NCBI GenBank assembly: GCA_001917175.1
Contig: MNTV01000019.1
Location: forward strand, 22,940-86,939
Source of the DNA: Azospirillum sp. 51_20
GTDB taxonomy: Bacteria > Pseudomonadota > Alphaproteobacteria > RF32 > CAG-239
Length of the DNA stretch: 64,000 nt
Reading direction: 5' to 3'
The notes beneath the pieces are model-generated. The model worked only from the letters and a program-made list of their open reading frames with translations, made no database searches and had not been told where the DNA came from. The translations under genes were made by a program, and so were the position numbers. Shown piece after piece: positions 55,535 to 64,000 of the stretch. How positions within the stretch are numbered: the stretch's first letter is position 1; every line of letters begins with the position of its first letter.

Positions 55535-56926
55535 TTAGGTCAATCGGGAAGCAAAATCAACAGCTATTTTTGCCCCGCCGGTCTTGCCGGCCCATTCTTC
55601 CGCCGCCGCCAGCGCCCGCCGGCAATAGGCGTTTTTGCGTTCGATTCCCTTGATTTTTCTAAACTTTCCGTTAGCCGTCACTTCACCGCGGATTTCCGGA
55701 AAAATGCCGAAGTTTATGTTCATCGGCTGAAAATCCTCAATGTTGACACACGCCGTCACATGCCCCAGCATGGCGCCGAACGCGGTTTCCGCCGGCGGCA
55801 TCAGAACCGGCCGTTCCAGAGCTTCGCAGGCGGCAAAATAGCCTGCCATCAGCCCCACCGCAGCGCTCTCCACATATCCTTCGCAGCCGGTAATCTGCCC
55901 GGCGAAACGAATATTCGGCTGTGTTTTCAGCCGCAGTTCGCGGTCTAGAAGAAGCGGCGACTTGATAAAGGTATTCTTATGAATGCCGCCGAAACGGGCA
56001 AACTCGGCATTTTCCAACCCCGGAATCATGCGGAAAATTTCTTTTTGCGCGCCGTATTTCAACTTGGTCTGAAAACCGACGATGTTACGCAAAGTGTCGG
56101 CAAAATTGTCCTGCCGCAGCTGCACCACCGCATAGGGACGGCGGCCGGTATGCGGATCGGTCAGCCCGACCGGCTTCATCGGACCGAACAAAAGGGTGTC
56201 GCGGCCTCTTTCCGCCATCACCTCGATCGGCAGACAGCCGTCAAAATAATTCGGCTTTTCAAAATCGTGAAAAACTGCCTTTTCCGCAGCCAGCAGCGCG
56301 TCGACAAACCGGTAATATTCGTCTTCCGACAACGGACAATTGATATAGTCGCGGCCGTCCCCTTTGTCATAGCGCGACTGATACCACGCCACCTCCATGT
56401 TAATGCTGTCCTTAAACACCACCGGCGCAATCGCGTCGTAAAACGACAGCGCCTGGCTGTCAACCCGCGAAAGAATGTCTTTTGCCAATGCCTCGGAAGT
56501 GAGCGGACCGGTGGCAACGATCACCTGTCCCCAGCCGGCCGGAGGCAGTGCGGAAACCTCCCCTTCTTCCACGCCGATCAGAGGATGGGCGCGGAGACGG
56601 CGGGTAATGAAATCGGAAAAAGCGTCGCGGTCAACCGCCAGGGCACCGCCGGCAGGCACTTTGCAGGCATCGGCCGCCGCCATCACCAGAGAGCCGGCCA
56701 GCCGCATTTCCCGGTGCAGCAGTCCGACCGCATTGTGCTGATCGTCGTCCGAACGCAGCGAGTTGGAACAAACCAGTTCGGCAAACCCCGGCGCCCGGTG
56801 CGCGGGAGAATATTTTTGCGGCTTCATTTCGTGCAAAACGACCGGCACGCCGCGGCTGACGAGCTGCCAGGCGGCTTCGGAACCGGCCAGCCCGGCGCCG
56901 ATGACATGAACGGGTTTGTTTTCCAT
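55535..56926 (-). CDS. trmFO: methylenetetrahydrofolate--tRNA-(uracil-5-)-methyltransferase TrmFO
   Basis: [20 protein letters not shown]-binding N-terminus, [22 protein letters not shown]. Confidence 0.9.
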   Translation of the reverse strand: MENKPVHVIGAGLAGSEAAWQLVSRGVPVVLHEMKPQKYSPAHRAPGFAELVCSNSLRSDDDQHNAVGLLHREMRLAGSLVMAAADACKVPAGGALAVDRDAFSDFITRRLRAHPLIGVEEGEVSALPPAGWGQVIVATGPLTSEALAKDILSRVDSQALSFYDAIAPVVFKDSINMEVAWYQSRYDKGDGRDYINCPLSEDEYYRFVDALLAAEKAVFHDFEKPNYFDGCLPIEVMAERGRDTLLFGPMKPVGLTDPHTGRRPYAVVQLRQDNFADTLRNIVGFQTKLKYGAQKEIFRMIPGLENAEFARFGGIHKNTFIKSPLLLDRELRLKTQPNIRFAGQITGCEGYVESAAVGLMAGYFAACEALERPVLMPPAETAFGAMLGHVTACVNIEDFQPMNINFGIFPEIRGEVTANGKFRKIKGIERKNAYCRRALAAAEEWAGKTGGAKIAVDFASRLT

Positions 56927-57133
56927 CTTTTTCCTCTTTTCTTGTCAAAACATGCTTGTTTTATAGCCCGCGGAAGGCGAAATGTAAAGCGGCTTTTGAA
57001 CGGCGCCGGCCGCAGCGCCGATTTTTTGCAAATTATCGTTTGCTATTTTCGGAAAATAAATATAATATTGAAAAAAATCTGAAACGTAATATTGAAAAAG
57101 ATTTTGACAAGAAACCACAAACCGGCTGACACA

Positions 57134-58276
57134 ATGAAAAAAACATTACTTTATCTTGCTGTTTTCTCGATCTTTTTCGTCTGCAACGCCCGGGCTGACG
57201 AAATGGACGCCATGTTGTTTGAACCGGCGCCGAAAATCACCGCCGCCAAAAAGAAACCCACGGCGCCGGCCAAAACTTTGATTGCGCCGTCGGTCAAGGG
57301 CGGCGTGGTGATGAAGCCGGAAGCTGTCAGCGACGCCGAATTTGAAAGCATTGAGGCAGCGCTGCCGGAAGAAGAGACCGCTCTGAGGGCGCCCGCCGTA
57401 CAAAAACCGGCAGCCCTTTCAAACAAAACCGCCGGAAAAGGTACCGCCAAAGGAAAAACGCAAAAATCGCTGACGGACGCCATCCGGGAAACGGCCGGGG
57501 AAGAAGAAGACGAAGGCAGCTCTCCGCTGGCCGGAACCTGGGTTGAAAAACTGGCCAACACCGCCCTTTCCTCTTCCAAGGAAGAAGACGAAGACGGCGG
57601 CGAAAACGGCCGCGGCGTCGGCAGCATCAACCTTGAAAGCATGGTCAAAAATTCCAAAAACGGCAACCGCCGCTCCAACGCCTCGGTCTTTGACATCTCC
57701 GGCATTATGCTCAGGATGAATTTGCCGCAGGCGGAAGCGACCATGGCCAAGCGCGGTTTTAAAAAGGTTTCGCAGAAATTTGAAATTCCCAATTTTATCA
57801 AATGGCGTTTTGAGGAACAGTGCCGCAACGCCGGCGTGGTCGGTTACGAACGGCTGGCCAGCTGCGTGGTCAAGGCGGCAAAAGAAAACAACCACCAGTA
57901 TGTCGAAAGCGAAAAATTCGTCAAATATGACACGCAGGAGGAAATCAGCATCAGCCTGACCAGCAATTTTACCAACAACAAAATCTACAAAATCGTTTAT
58001 AAGAGCATGTCGGCGCGCAAAATTCAGGGCAGCAGCCAGAAAGTGCAGTATCTGCGGGACATCAAGGTTTACGACTTCTGGCGCAAGATCAACCAGAAAT
58101 ACGGCGTACCGGACAACCGTGAAGACGTCATCTGGGGGATGGGCGGCAACAAGCCTTACATGAAAGCCGCCACCGGTTTTCTGCTGCTGGAAGACCCGAT
58201 GCTCAAAGAACTTGACTATACCCGGATGTCGCGGGAAGACCAAAAATACATGAACACCAACCTCTATAACTTCTAA
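57134..58276 (+). CDS. secreted hypothetical protein
   Basis: Signal peptide MKKTLLYLAVFSIFFVCNARA, acidic low-complexity middle, globular C-terminal ~200 aa. Confidence 0.6.
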   Translation: MKKTLLYLAVFSIFFVCNARADEMDAMLFEPAPKITAAKKKPTAPAKTLIAPSVKGGVVMKPEAVSDAEFESIEAALPEEETALRAPAVQKPAALSNKTAGKGTAKGKTQKSLTDAIRETAGEEEDEGSSPLAGTWVEKLANTALSSSKEEDEDGGENGRGVGSINLESMVKNSKNGNRRSNASVFDISGIMLRMNLPQAEATMAKRGFKKVSQKFEIPNFIKWRFEEQCRNAGVVGYERLASCVVKAAKENNHQYVESEKFVKYDTQEEISISLTSNFTNNKIYKIVYKSMSARKIQGSSQKVQYLRDIKVYDFWRKINQKYGVPDNREDVIWGMGGNKPYMKAATGFLLLEDPMLKELDYTRMSREDQKYMNTNLYNF

Positions 58277-58284
58277 GAAGCAAA

Positions 58285-58887
58285 ATGGAAGACAAAATCA
58301 ACATTTCGGAATTGATCTGCACCCGGATCAGCCATGACCTGATCGGCAACATCGGCGCCTTTGCCAACGCGGTCGAACTGCTGGAAGACGAAGACGACGA
58401 CTTTATCGACGAAATCAAAAACACCCTGAAAACCAGTTCGGAGGTGTTGACCGCGCGGCTGAAATTTTTCCGCATGGCTTTCGGGCTGACCAACGCCAAC
58501 CTGGAAAATATCGAAACCGTCAAAAAGGTGACCGAAGACTATCTGCAGACGCTGAACCTCAACCATCCGGTCAAGGCAGACATCAAAATCATCAACAGTC
58601 CGTTTAACCGCGCTGTCATGCTGGCCTGTATGTGCGCGGCGGAAGTCATTGTCCGCGGCGGAACGGTAAAAGTCAGCAGCACCCGGCAGGCAATCATCAT
58701 TTCCGCCGTAAGCGACAGTCCGCTGGCACAAAACAAAATATCGGCCATGCAGACGATGCTGGAAGGCGGCACGCCGGAAAATATTTCCCAATATGCCCCG
58801 CTTTATTACCTGCAAAAAATTCTGAATGATGAAGAACGGAAGCTGACAATCGACGTTTTAAGCGGTTTTTCGCTTTTGATCAGTTAG
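58285..58887 (+). CDS. chpT: ChpT-like histidine phosphotransferase
   Basis: LICTRISHDLIGNIGAFANAVELLED and ARLKFFRMAFG parallel the Caulobacter ChpT segments LAARLCHDFISP...LDLLED and LQFTRVAFG (from memory); 200 aa. Confidence 0.7.
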   Translation: MEDKINISELICTRISHDLIGNIGAFANAVELLEDEDDDFIDEIKNTLKTSSEVLTARLKFFRMAFGLTNANLENIETVKKVTEDYLQTLNLNHPVKADIKIINSPFNRAVMLACMCAAEVIVRGGTVKVSSTRQAIIISAVSDSPLAQNKISAMQTMLEGGTPENISQYAPLYYLQKILNDEERKLTIDVLSGFSLLIS

Positions 58888-59966
58888 CGCCTTTATGATC
58901 TTTGATCACGCGTCTTTTTTCACTCTTGAGTAAGCGTTTTTTGAGTCCGGCGGTCGTCGGATTCTTTTTTCTGCCCGGCGTTTGCTTTCGGCAAACCGCA
59001 TTTCGCTGCCGGACGGCCAAAGGAACAAATTGCCGGATATTTTGCCGCAAGTGAGCGGATCTGCCGGCGTTTCATGATCACAAAAATATCCGTAAAAATT
59101 CTCAAATATCCGATAAGAGATGAAAATCTGTTGAAAAATCTGCTCAAAACTTGTTTTTTACCGCCAGCAAAAACAGAACGGTTAAAAAATTTGCGGTCTC
59201 AGACGAAAAAATTCAGAAATAGAGAAAAACCGGCATTATCAAAGCCTGCCAAGGACGGAAAAAATAAACCGTCACAAACGGCCGTCTTGCAAAAATCCGA
59301 AAACCGGCAGCGATAATGCTCTGTCGGGAGAAGAAAGGCAAACCGTTGCAAATTACGGCCTCATCAAATCCCGGACGACAGAAAAACATTTTTTTTAAAA
59401 ACTACTGAATTTATCGTCAGCAGGTCAAAATTGGGCTGAACGTTTTCCCTCCCCAAACGGCAGGAACATAACGTTTGCGGAAAAAGATGCAAAGAACGGC
59501 AACGGACAAAAGTAACGTAAACGGTATTAGCCGCTTGCACACTCTCCGCCCTTCTGCAAAGACGCACAGACGGGAAGCGAAACATCCTCATAAGCCTGTC
59601 AATGCGGAGTGCATTGCGTTCGGAACATAAAGCAACAAACAGCTTTCCTCTTTATCACCTTATATATTTTCCGCTTGCACATTTTAATTCGTATTTCAAC
59701 CAGGCATACAGACGAACGACAGGCTCGCAGTTTTCGAGCTTTATTTAAAACGGCAGCAGGCAAAAGGGCAGATGTCATCACGGCAATTTCGACATTTCGG
59801 ACAAACGGCAGCGATGGGAAACGCTCCGGGAACAAACGGTTTCGGCACCAAAATGAACATAAAGTATTCATCTGCCGGACGTTCAGACGAAAAGTTTCTC
59901 TCCCGCAAGCGATTTCCTTGAACGAAAACTGCGCAGGTTCGTGCTTTTTGCGCTTTATTTAAGACG

Positions 59967-60151
59967 GCAGCAGGAAGCAAGATTTTGACAACGGAACCAC
60001 CCGGAGGAAAAGGAAGCAGGATTTCGACAATAAAATAAGCAGCGGTAGACAAAAAGGCGAACACTGCAATACCCCCACACTTTGGACGCAGCAGGAAGCA
60101 AGATTTTGACAACAGAACCACCCGGAGGAAAAGGAAGCAGGATTTCGACAA
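59967..60151. repeat. two 64-bp direct repeats, each with a nested 19-20-bp sub-repeat
   Basis: 59967-60030 and 60088-60151 differ at one position. Each contains GGAAGCAAGATTTTGACAA and GGAAGCAGGATTTCGACAA. Confidence 0.85.
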
Positions 60152-60200
60152 CGCTATCGCCCGAAGGAAAAATCAGCAAAACTCCGGCGGTAAAAGGCGT

Positions 60201-60932
60201 TCAGAGAAAAAATTCGTTTTCCCGGCGGACAGAATAGTTGCTTTCAAGATATGCGCGAACCGCACTCATATCCATCTGCCGGCAGCCGACCGGACAAACG
60301 CGGACGCACTTCATGCATTGTATGCAGGCAGCCGGGTCACCGACAAAGTCGTCGTTGATCGCAGCCGTCGGACAGACCTTCTGACACAGGCCGCATTTGA
60401 CGCAGCCGGCGGTTTTCTCCGGCGTGCGGAACGGCTTTTCCCATTTTTTATAAGGAAAGCTTCCCGGTACCGTAACCGATGTCCTGTCTTTCTTATTCAT
60501 TACCGCACGGGCAAATTCTCTGATTGCCGGCAAGTCCGCCTCGTCCGGACGTCCGTGTCCGAGCACCCCGCTGTAAACATGAGGAATGACAATTGCCGCC
60601 GCGGCAATGCAGATGAAGCCCCGCTTTTCCATTTCCGTTTTCCACTCCAGCAGCATATCGTCATAATGCCTGTTGCCGTAACAGGCGCAAAGCACGGCCG
60701 GCGTGTTTTCTCCCCGCAGGCCGTCAAACAAACCGGGAACCTGCGGCAATCTTCCGCCATAAACCGGCAGACCGAAGACAACCAGATCGTCGGCGGCAAA
60801 CCAATGATGCTGCCCGCGGGCGGCAGGCAAAGTGAGATCAACCGCAACAAACGGAGTTTCCATGGCGCCGCACACCAGTTCGGTTGCACGCGCCGTTCCT
60901 CCGGTCGGGCTGAAAAACAAGCGGTAATTCAT
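60201..60932 (-). CDS. flavodoxin-like / 2x[4Fe-4S] ferredoxin fusion protein (EFR1-type)
   Basis: N-terminal flavodoxin-like FFSPTGGTARAT. C-terminal CVKCGLCQKVCP and CIQCMKCVRVCP cluster motifs. Confidence 0.75.
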   Translation of the reverse strand: MNYRLFFSPTGGTARATELVCGAMETPFVAVDLTLPAARGQHHWFAADDLVVFGLPVYGGRLPQVPGLFDGLRGENTPAVLCACYGNRHYDDMLLEWKTEMEKRGFICIAAAAIVIPHVYSGVLGHGRPDEADLPAIREFARAVMNKKDRTSVTVPGSFPYKKWEKPFRTPEKTAGCVKCGLCQKVCPTAAINDDFVGDPAACIQCMKCVRVCPVGCRQMDMSAVRAYLESNYSVRRENEFFL

Positions 60933-60976
60933 TTTTTCTCCTTATCCTTTCGGTTATTTTGCCGATGCCGCAGGGC

Positions 60977-61024
60977 TAAAAACAAACGGCGGAAATCAGT
61001 CCTTTCCGGGAAAATTTCCGCCGT
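60977..61024 (-). terminator. rho-independent terminator after clpX
   Basis: 11-bp stem ACGGCGGAAAT...ATTTCCGCCGT followed on the minus strand by TTGTTTTT. Confidence 0.55.
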
Positions 61025-61041
61025 TCTTTTATACCGCTGCC

Positions 61042-62331
61042 CTATTCCGCGCCGACAGCGTCTTTTTTGGCTTCCTTATAAACCAAAATCGGTGTCTTTT
61101 TACCGTCGATCACGTCGCCGTCGATGATAATTTCCGCCACTTCTTTTTTATCCGGAATATCATACATCAGCTCCAGCAGTTTTTCTTCCATAATCGCACG
61201 CAGACCGCGAGCGCCGCTTTTGCGTTCGATCGCCTTGCGGGCAATGGCCGCCAGCGCGTCGTCGGTAATCGTCAGCTTGACGTCTTCCATGTTAAACAGC
61301 GCAACATACTGCTTGACCAAGGCATTTTTCGGCTCGGTCAAAATATTGACCAGCGCCTTTTCGTCCAGGTCCTCCAGCGAAGCGATAATCGGCAGGCGGC
61401 CGATAAATTCCGGAATCAGACCATACTTCAGCAAGTCTTCGGGCTGAATGTCCTTCATGACTTCGCCGACCGGTTTTTCCTGTTTGCTTGCCACTTTGGC
61501 GCCGAAACCGATAGAGGTTTTCTGGCTGCGGCGGTTAATGATTTTCTCAATTCCTGCAAAAGCGCCGCCGCAGATAAACAGGATGTTGGTCGTATCGACA
61601 TGCAGAAATTCCTGCTGCGGATGTTTGCGGCCGCCTTGTGGCGGAACGTTGGCAACCGTGCCTTCGATGATCTTTAACAGCGCCTGCTGAACGCCCTCGC
61701 CCGATACGTCGCGGGTAATTGAAGGGCCGTCCCCCTTGCGGTTGATCTTGTCAATCTCGTCGATATAAACAATGCCCCGCTGCGCTTTCTCGATATCATA
61801 ATCTGCCGCCTGCACCAGTTTTAAGACGATGTTTTCGACGTCTTCGCCGACATAGCCGGCTTCGGTCAGAGTGGTGGCGTCGGAAATGGCAAACGGTACG
61901 TCGAGGATTTTGGCCAGCGTCTGGGCCAAAAGCGTTTTGCCGCTGCCGGTCGGGCCGACCAGAATGACATTTGACTTGGACACTTCCACGTCCGAATTGT
62001 TATGATTGCTGTTTAAACGTTTGTAATGGTTGTAAACCGCCACCGAAAGCACTTTTTTGGCATGCTCCTGCCCGATCACGTACTGATCGAGGAATTCCTT
62101 TATTTTCGACGGCGTCGGCAGTTTTTCCATGGTGCTGCCGGTGCTTTTTTCGCCGCCGTTTTCTTTTTCCATTTCGTTCATCTCGTCATGGACGATGCTG
62201 ATGCAGACATCGATGCATTCGTCACAGATGTAAACGCCGCGTCCGGCTACCAGCTTTTTGACTTCCGACTGCGATTTTCCGCAGAAGGAGCAGCAGATCT
62301 GGTCGTCTTTATGTCCGTTGTCTTCACTCAT
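61042..62331 (-). CDS. clpX: ATP-dependent Clp protease ATP-binding subunit ClpX
   Basis: Zinc-finger CSFCGK...CDEC, Walker [18 protein letters not shown]. Confidence 0.95.
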   Translation of the reverse strand: MSEDNGHKDDQICCSFCGKSQSEVKKLVAGRGVYICDECIDVCISIVHDEMNEMEKENGGEKSTGSTMEKLPTPSKIKEFLDQYVIGQEHAKKVLSVAVYNHYKRLNSNHNNSDVEVSKSNVILVGPTGSGKTLLAQTLAKILDVPFAISDATTLTEAGYVGEDVENIVLKLVQAADYDIEKAQRGIVYIDEIDKINRKGDGPSITRDVSGEGVQQALLKIIEGTVANVPPQGGRKHPQQEFLHVDTTNILFICGGAFAGIEKIINRRSQKTSIGFGAKVASKQEKPVGEVMKDIQPEDLLKYGLIPEFIGRLPIIASLEDLDEKALVNILTEPKNALVKQYVALFNMEDVKLTITDDALAAIARKAIERKSGARGLRAIMEEKLLELMYDIPDKKEVAEIIIDGDVIDGKKTPILVYKEAKKDAVGAE

Positions 62332-62345
62332 TTGTTCAGTCCTTT

Positions 62346-62969
62346 TTATTTGGCAATTTCTTTGCGGGAGGTTACGATCTGATCAATCAGGCCGAATTTC
62401 AAAGCGTCTTCCGGGGTCATAAAATTGTCACGGTCCATCGCTTTTTCAATCACCGAGAGCTTTTGCCCCGTATTTTCGGCATAGATGTTGTTTAAACGGC
62501 GGCGCATGTCAAGGATCAGTTTTGCCTGAATTTCGATGTCTGCCGCCTGCCCTTTGGCGCCGCCCGAAGGCTGATGGATCATGATCTGCGAATTGGGCAG
62601 CGCAAAACGCTTGCCTTTGGCGCCGCCGGCTAAAAGGAACGACCCCATCGAACAGGCCTGGCCGATGCACAGGGTGTTGACGTCGCAGCTGATATAGCGC
62701 ATGGTATCGTAAATGGCCATGCCGGAAGTGATGACGCCGCCCGGAGAATTGATGTAAAGGAAAATATCCTTGTCCGGATCTTCGGCTTCAAGGAACAAAA
62801 GCTGGGCGCACACCAGCGAGGCCATGTCGTCCTCAACCTGTCCGGTAAGGAAAACGATACGCTCTTTCAGCAGCCGGGAAAAAATATCGAACGAACGTTC
62901 GCCCTGCGGGGTCTGTTCAACAACCATCGGCACCAGCCGGTCATAAATTTCCATCGCTTTTTCTGACAT
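62346..62969 (-). CDS. clpP: ATP-dependent Clp protease proteolytic subunit ClpP
   Basis: Catalytic-site contexts [11 protein letters not shown] and IMIHQP. Confidence 0.95.
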   Translation of the reverse strand: MSEKAMEIYDRLVPMVVEQTPQGERSFDIFSRLLKERIVFLTGQVEDDMASLVCAQLLFLEAEDPDKDIFLYINSPGGVITSGMAIYDTMRYISCDVNTLCIGQACSMGSFLLAGGAKGKRFALPNSQIMIHQPSGGAKGQAADIEIQAKLILDMRRRLNNIYAENTGQKLSVIEKAMDRDNFMTPEDALKFGLIDQIVTSRKEIAK

Positions 62970-63050
62970 TTGCTATTCCTTATAATTTGGTTAACCTAAC
63001 GTTTGCCGGCATTATAGGCGGCCAATCGTTAATATTTTGCCAACAAACCA

Positions 63051-63082
63051 GCAAAAAGCCCTGCTTTAACACGGCAGGGCTT
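63051..63082 (-). terminator. rho-independent terminator after the cold-shock gene
   Basis: AAGCCCTGC-N9-GCAGGGCTT with a T-run on the minus strand. Confidence 0.5.
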
Positions 63083-63105
63083 AAAAAGTTTTGTCGGGTT
63101 AAAGA

Positions 63106-63309
63106 CTACAGCAGTTTGATGTTTCCGGCAACAATCCGGTCTCTTTCCGTCATCGTTTCGTAGCTGACTTTGTCACCTTCGTTCAGCGTTCTCAGCCCTG
63201 CGCTTTTTACTGCCGAAATATGAACAAAGATATCTTTTTCGCCTTCGTCCGGAGTGATAAATCCGTAACCTTTTCTCTTATTAAACCATTTTACCGTTCC
63301 TGCTGCCAT
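63106..63309 (-). CDS. cold-shock protein (CspA family)
   Basis: [18 protein letters not shown] (RNP1) and DIFVHISAV (RNP2). AAGGA RBS precedes ATG 63309. Confidence 0.9.
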   Translation of the reverse strand: MAAGTVKWFNKRKGYGFITPDEGEKDIFVHISAVKSAGLRTLNEGDKVSYETMTERDRIVAGNIKLL

Positions 63310-63499
63310 AATCGTAATCCTTTTCACAAACAGGTTAAAAACATTAAACCTCAGCCCGTTTCCCGGCTGTATTGTTCAGGCTACTACAAATTTGCGGATT
63401 AGGCAAGTTATTTTTTGCCCCGGCCTTGACTGCCGGCGTTTGCCGATTATATGGAAAATACTACAGTTTTTTTTAACCCTTAACCGGAGGATTTCAATC

Positions 63500-63859
63500 A
63501 TGAACAGAAGGTTTTACCGACTGGCGGCCGCCGCTCTCGTTCCCGCCGTCATTTTCGTCTGCGCGGCCGACGCCGGCGCCAAAGACCATCGACGCGACTG
63601 GGCGGAAGACAAGCTTGAAGACATCAACGACGACTACCAGAAAGCGATCAAGAAAATCGACAAGTCGTCTTTCAACGAAGAACAGAAAAAACTGCTGACC
63701 GCGCAGGCAGAAGCCAACCGCAATCTGGCAACCGCGCAGATCAAGGCCGTTTCCGAACAGATGACGAAAAACAGAAACGAACGCGCAAGCTTTAAGGAAG
63801 CGATCAGGGCCAGCCGCGAAAACCGCAAGGCGGTACGCGAGATTGACGATATTTTGTAA
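63500..63859 (+). CDS. small secreted coiled-coil protein, unknown function
   Basis: GGAGG RBS, signal-like N-terminus MNRRFYRLAAAALVPAVIFVCAADAGA, charged helical remainder. Confidence 0.55.
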   Translation: MNRRFYRLAAAALVPAVIFVCAADAGAKDHRRDWAEDKLEDINDDYQKAIKKIDKSSFNEEQKKLLTAQAEANRNLATAQIKAVSEQMTKNRNERASFKEAIRASRENRKAVREIDDIL

Positions 63860-63877
63860 TTTTTTCCTTCTGCAGGC

Positions 63878-63906
63878 AAAAACCGGGCGCATGCCCGGTT
63901 TTTTTG
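63878..63906 (+). terminator. rho-independent terminator
   Basis: ACCGGGC-gcat-GCCCGGT followed by T7. Confidence 0.75.
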
Positions 63907-64000
63907 ACGTATTCGTGCGGCATGTTACGGCATTTATGCCGCGTTTCACAAATTTTCCCTTATATTTTATGGTGCTTATACCACATTTGCTATTCACAAA

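Noticed and set aside
59995-60020. SRP (4.5S) RNA, because CCGGAGGAAAAGGAAGCAGG resembles the CCGGAAGGAAGCAGCC helix-8 motif
   Set aside because: No complementary 5' strand is present to form the conserved hairpin, and the motif is part of the duplicated 64-bp unit.
59967-60151. CRISPR array
   Set aside because: There are only two 64-bp copies, which is far longer than CRISPR repeats. They have internal sub-repeats, a single 57-bp spacer, and no cas genes in the window.

Overview
This is a 64-kb chromosomal segment from a Gram-negative bacterium. An alphaproteobacterial origin is inferred from three things: a ChpT-like histidine phosphotransferase, TrmFO, and the contiguous pyrH-frr-uppS-cdsA-rseP-bamA-lpxD-fabZ block (45.3-53.0 kb, minus strand). 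HydG, a TM1266-type regulator and a flavodoxin/ferredoxin fusion suggest an anaerobic lifestyle. No database search was possible, so all product calls rest on motifs read from the translations. Housekeeping genes include xth, rnr, clpP-clpX, a cold-shock protein, a peroxiredoxin, elbB, trmFO, and SulP, TerC and EamA transporters. Between them lie blocks of unknown-function or effector-like genes: a Pmp-repeat autotransporter, a PcfJ-like/LRR protein, an HExxH protein, a PPPDE/LRAT-like protein and tandem paralogs. The most unusual structure surrounds tRNA-Ser(GCU) (35704-35791, minus strand). (i) Two tandem 206/207-bp repeats each re-copy the last 19 nt of the tRNA, its terminator, and an inverted degenerate tRNA 3' end. 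(ii) Next to them is a promoter-to-terminator ~190-nt structured RNA with mutually exclusive antiterminator/terminator helices, upstream of the autotransporter. Four genes are interrupted: two GNATs, the autotransporter, and a hypothetical gene whose two frames join at an in-phase A_AAA_AAG heptamer. I cannot tell real decay or recoding from assembly error. A 1.3-kb ORF-poor region (58.9-60.2 kb) carries nested direct repeats. I saw no integrase, transposase, CRISPR array, rRNA or recognisable defence system. Many long ORFs in the track are antisense shadows of real genes.
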